Below are positions 63,604 through 64,000 of a stretch of DNA of 64,000 nt, in pieces. The position numbers and the translations under genes are program-made. The first letter of the stretch is position 1, and every line of letters starts with the position of its first letter. Location of the stretch: contig NW_003314382.1 in assembly GCF_000143415.4 (NCBI RefSeq), forward strand, positions 88,210 to 152,209, read 5' to 3'. The stretch comes from Selaginella moellendorffii (Eukaryota > Plantae > Lycopodiophyta). The notes under the pieces were generated by a model that was not told the origin of the DNA, searched no databases, and saw only the letters and a program-made list of their open reading frames with translations.

Positions 63604-64000
63604 ATAATAATCATACATACTAATAACTTAATACAACTAATATATAAGGCATGACAGCGACGGTGTTTGGTAAACATAATAATGGGGGTATTTAGTGGAC
63701 ATGTTAAATTCTTATATAGAAATATTGAATGAGTAGTGCTCAATACACAAAATAGAGAAAAAGAGAACTAAAAGCCTAAGCTAAGTATGCTCAACTAGAA
63801 ATATATAAGAGTTCCTATCTTATTTTTATCTGGCTAAGTATAGATATTAAGCCAAATTTAATACACTTAAACAAGAGAAACCAACAAAAGGAATCAACAA
63901 TATTAATCTTCTACTATTGTGGTAGTAAAGAGAGAATGTTTGAAAAGATTCACTAATATGTAACTTTTGATATTTGTAGTTATATTCATGCCAAAAAAAG

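Larger units (their letters stand above)
62167..63993 (-). mobile_element. Diverged A-family LTR pieces (62167-~62680 and ~63640-63993) separated by a Cassandra-like cluster
   Basis: Similar to 31905-32445 and 32695-33043; no matching TSD. Confidence 0.65.

Overview
Eukaryotic land-plant DNA with very short (about 50-70 bp) GT-AG introns and tight gene packing, most likely a lycophyte such as Selaginella (inferred from intron size, gene density and an Hsp33 gene). Positions 1-15.8 kb are gene-dense: an EEP/EF-hand protein, an NAD kinase pseudogene, an ABCC transporter, a VEF/Su(z)12 Polycomb gene, TROL/STR4 and Hsp33. Positions 17-64 kb are a nest of mobile elements whose insertion order can be read from target-site duplications (TSDs). 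Nest 1 is non-autonomous LTR element A (17426-33043), containing LTR element B and a TRIM. Nest 2 is an old gypsy element D, interrupted by a 5S-rRNA-bearing Cassandra-like LTR, itself interrupted by chromovirus C (38389-61713). The gag-pol of C is split twice: by a 12-kb segment carrying three damaged host genes, and by a 5.5-kb TIR DNA transposon (4-bp TSD, Sola-like) encoding a ParB-like accessory protein and carrying eight 22-bp palindromes in its predicted introns. Elements B and C also share a covarying RNA structure with two T-loops downstream of pol. All alignments and splice models were made by eye.
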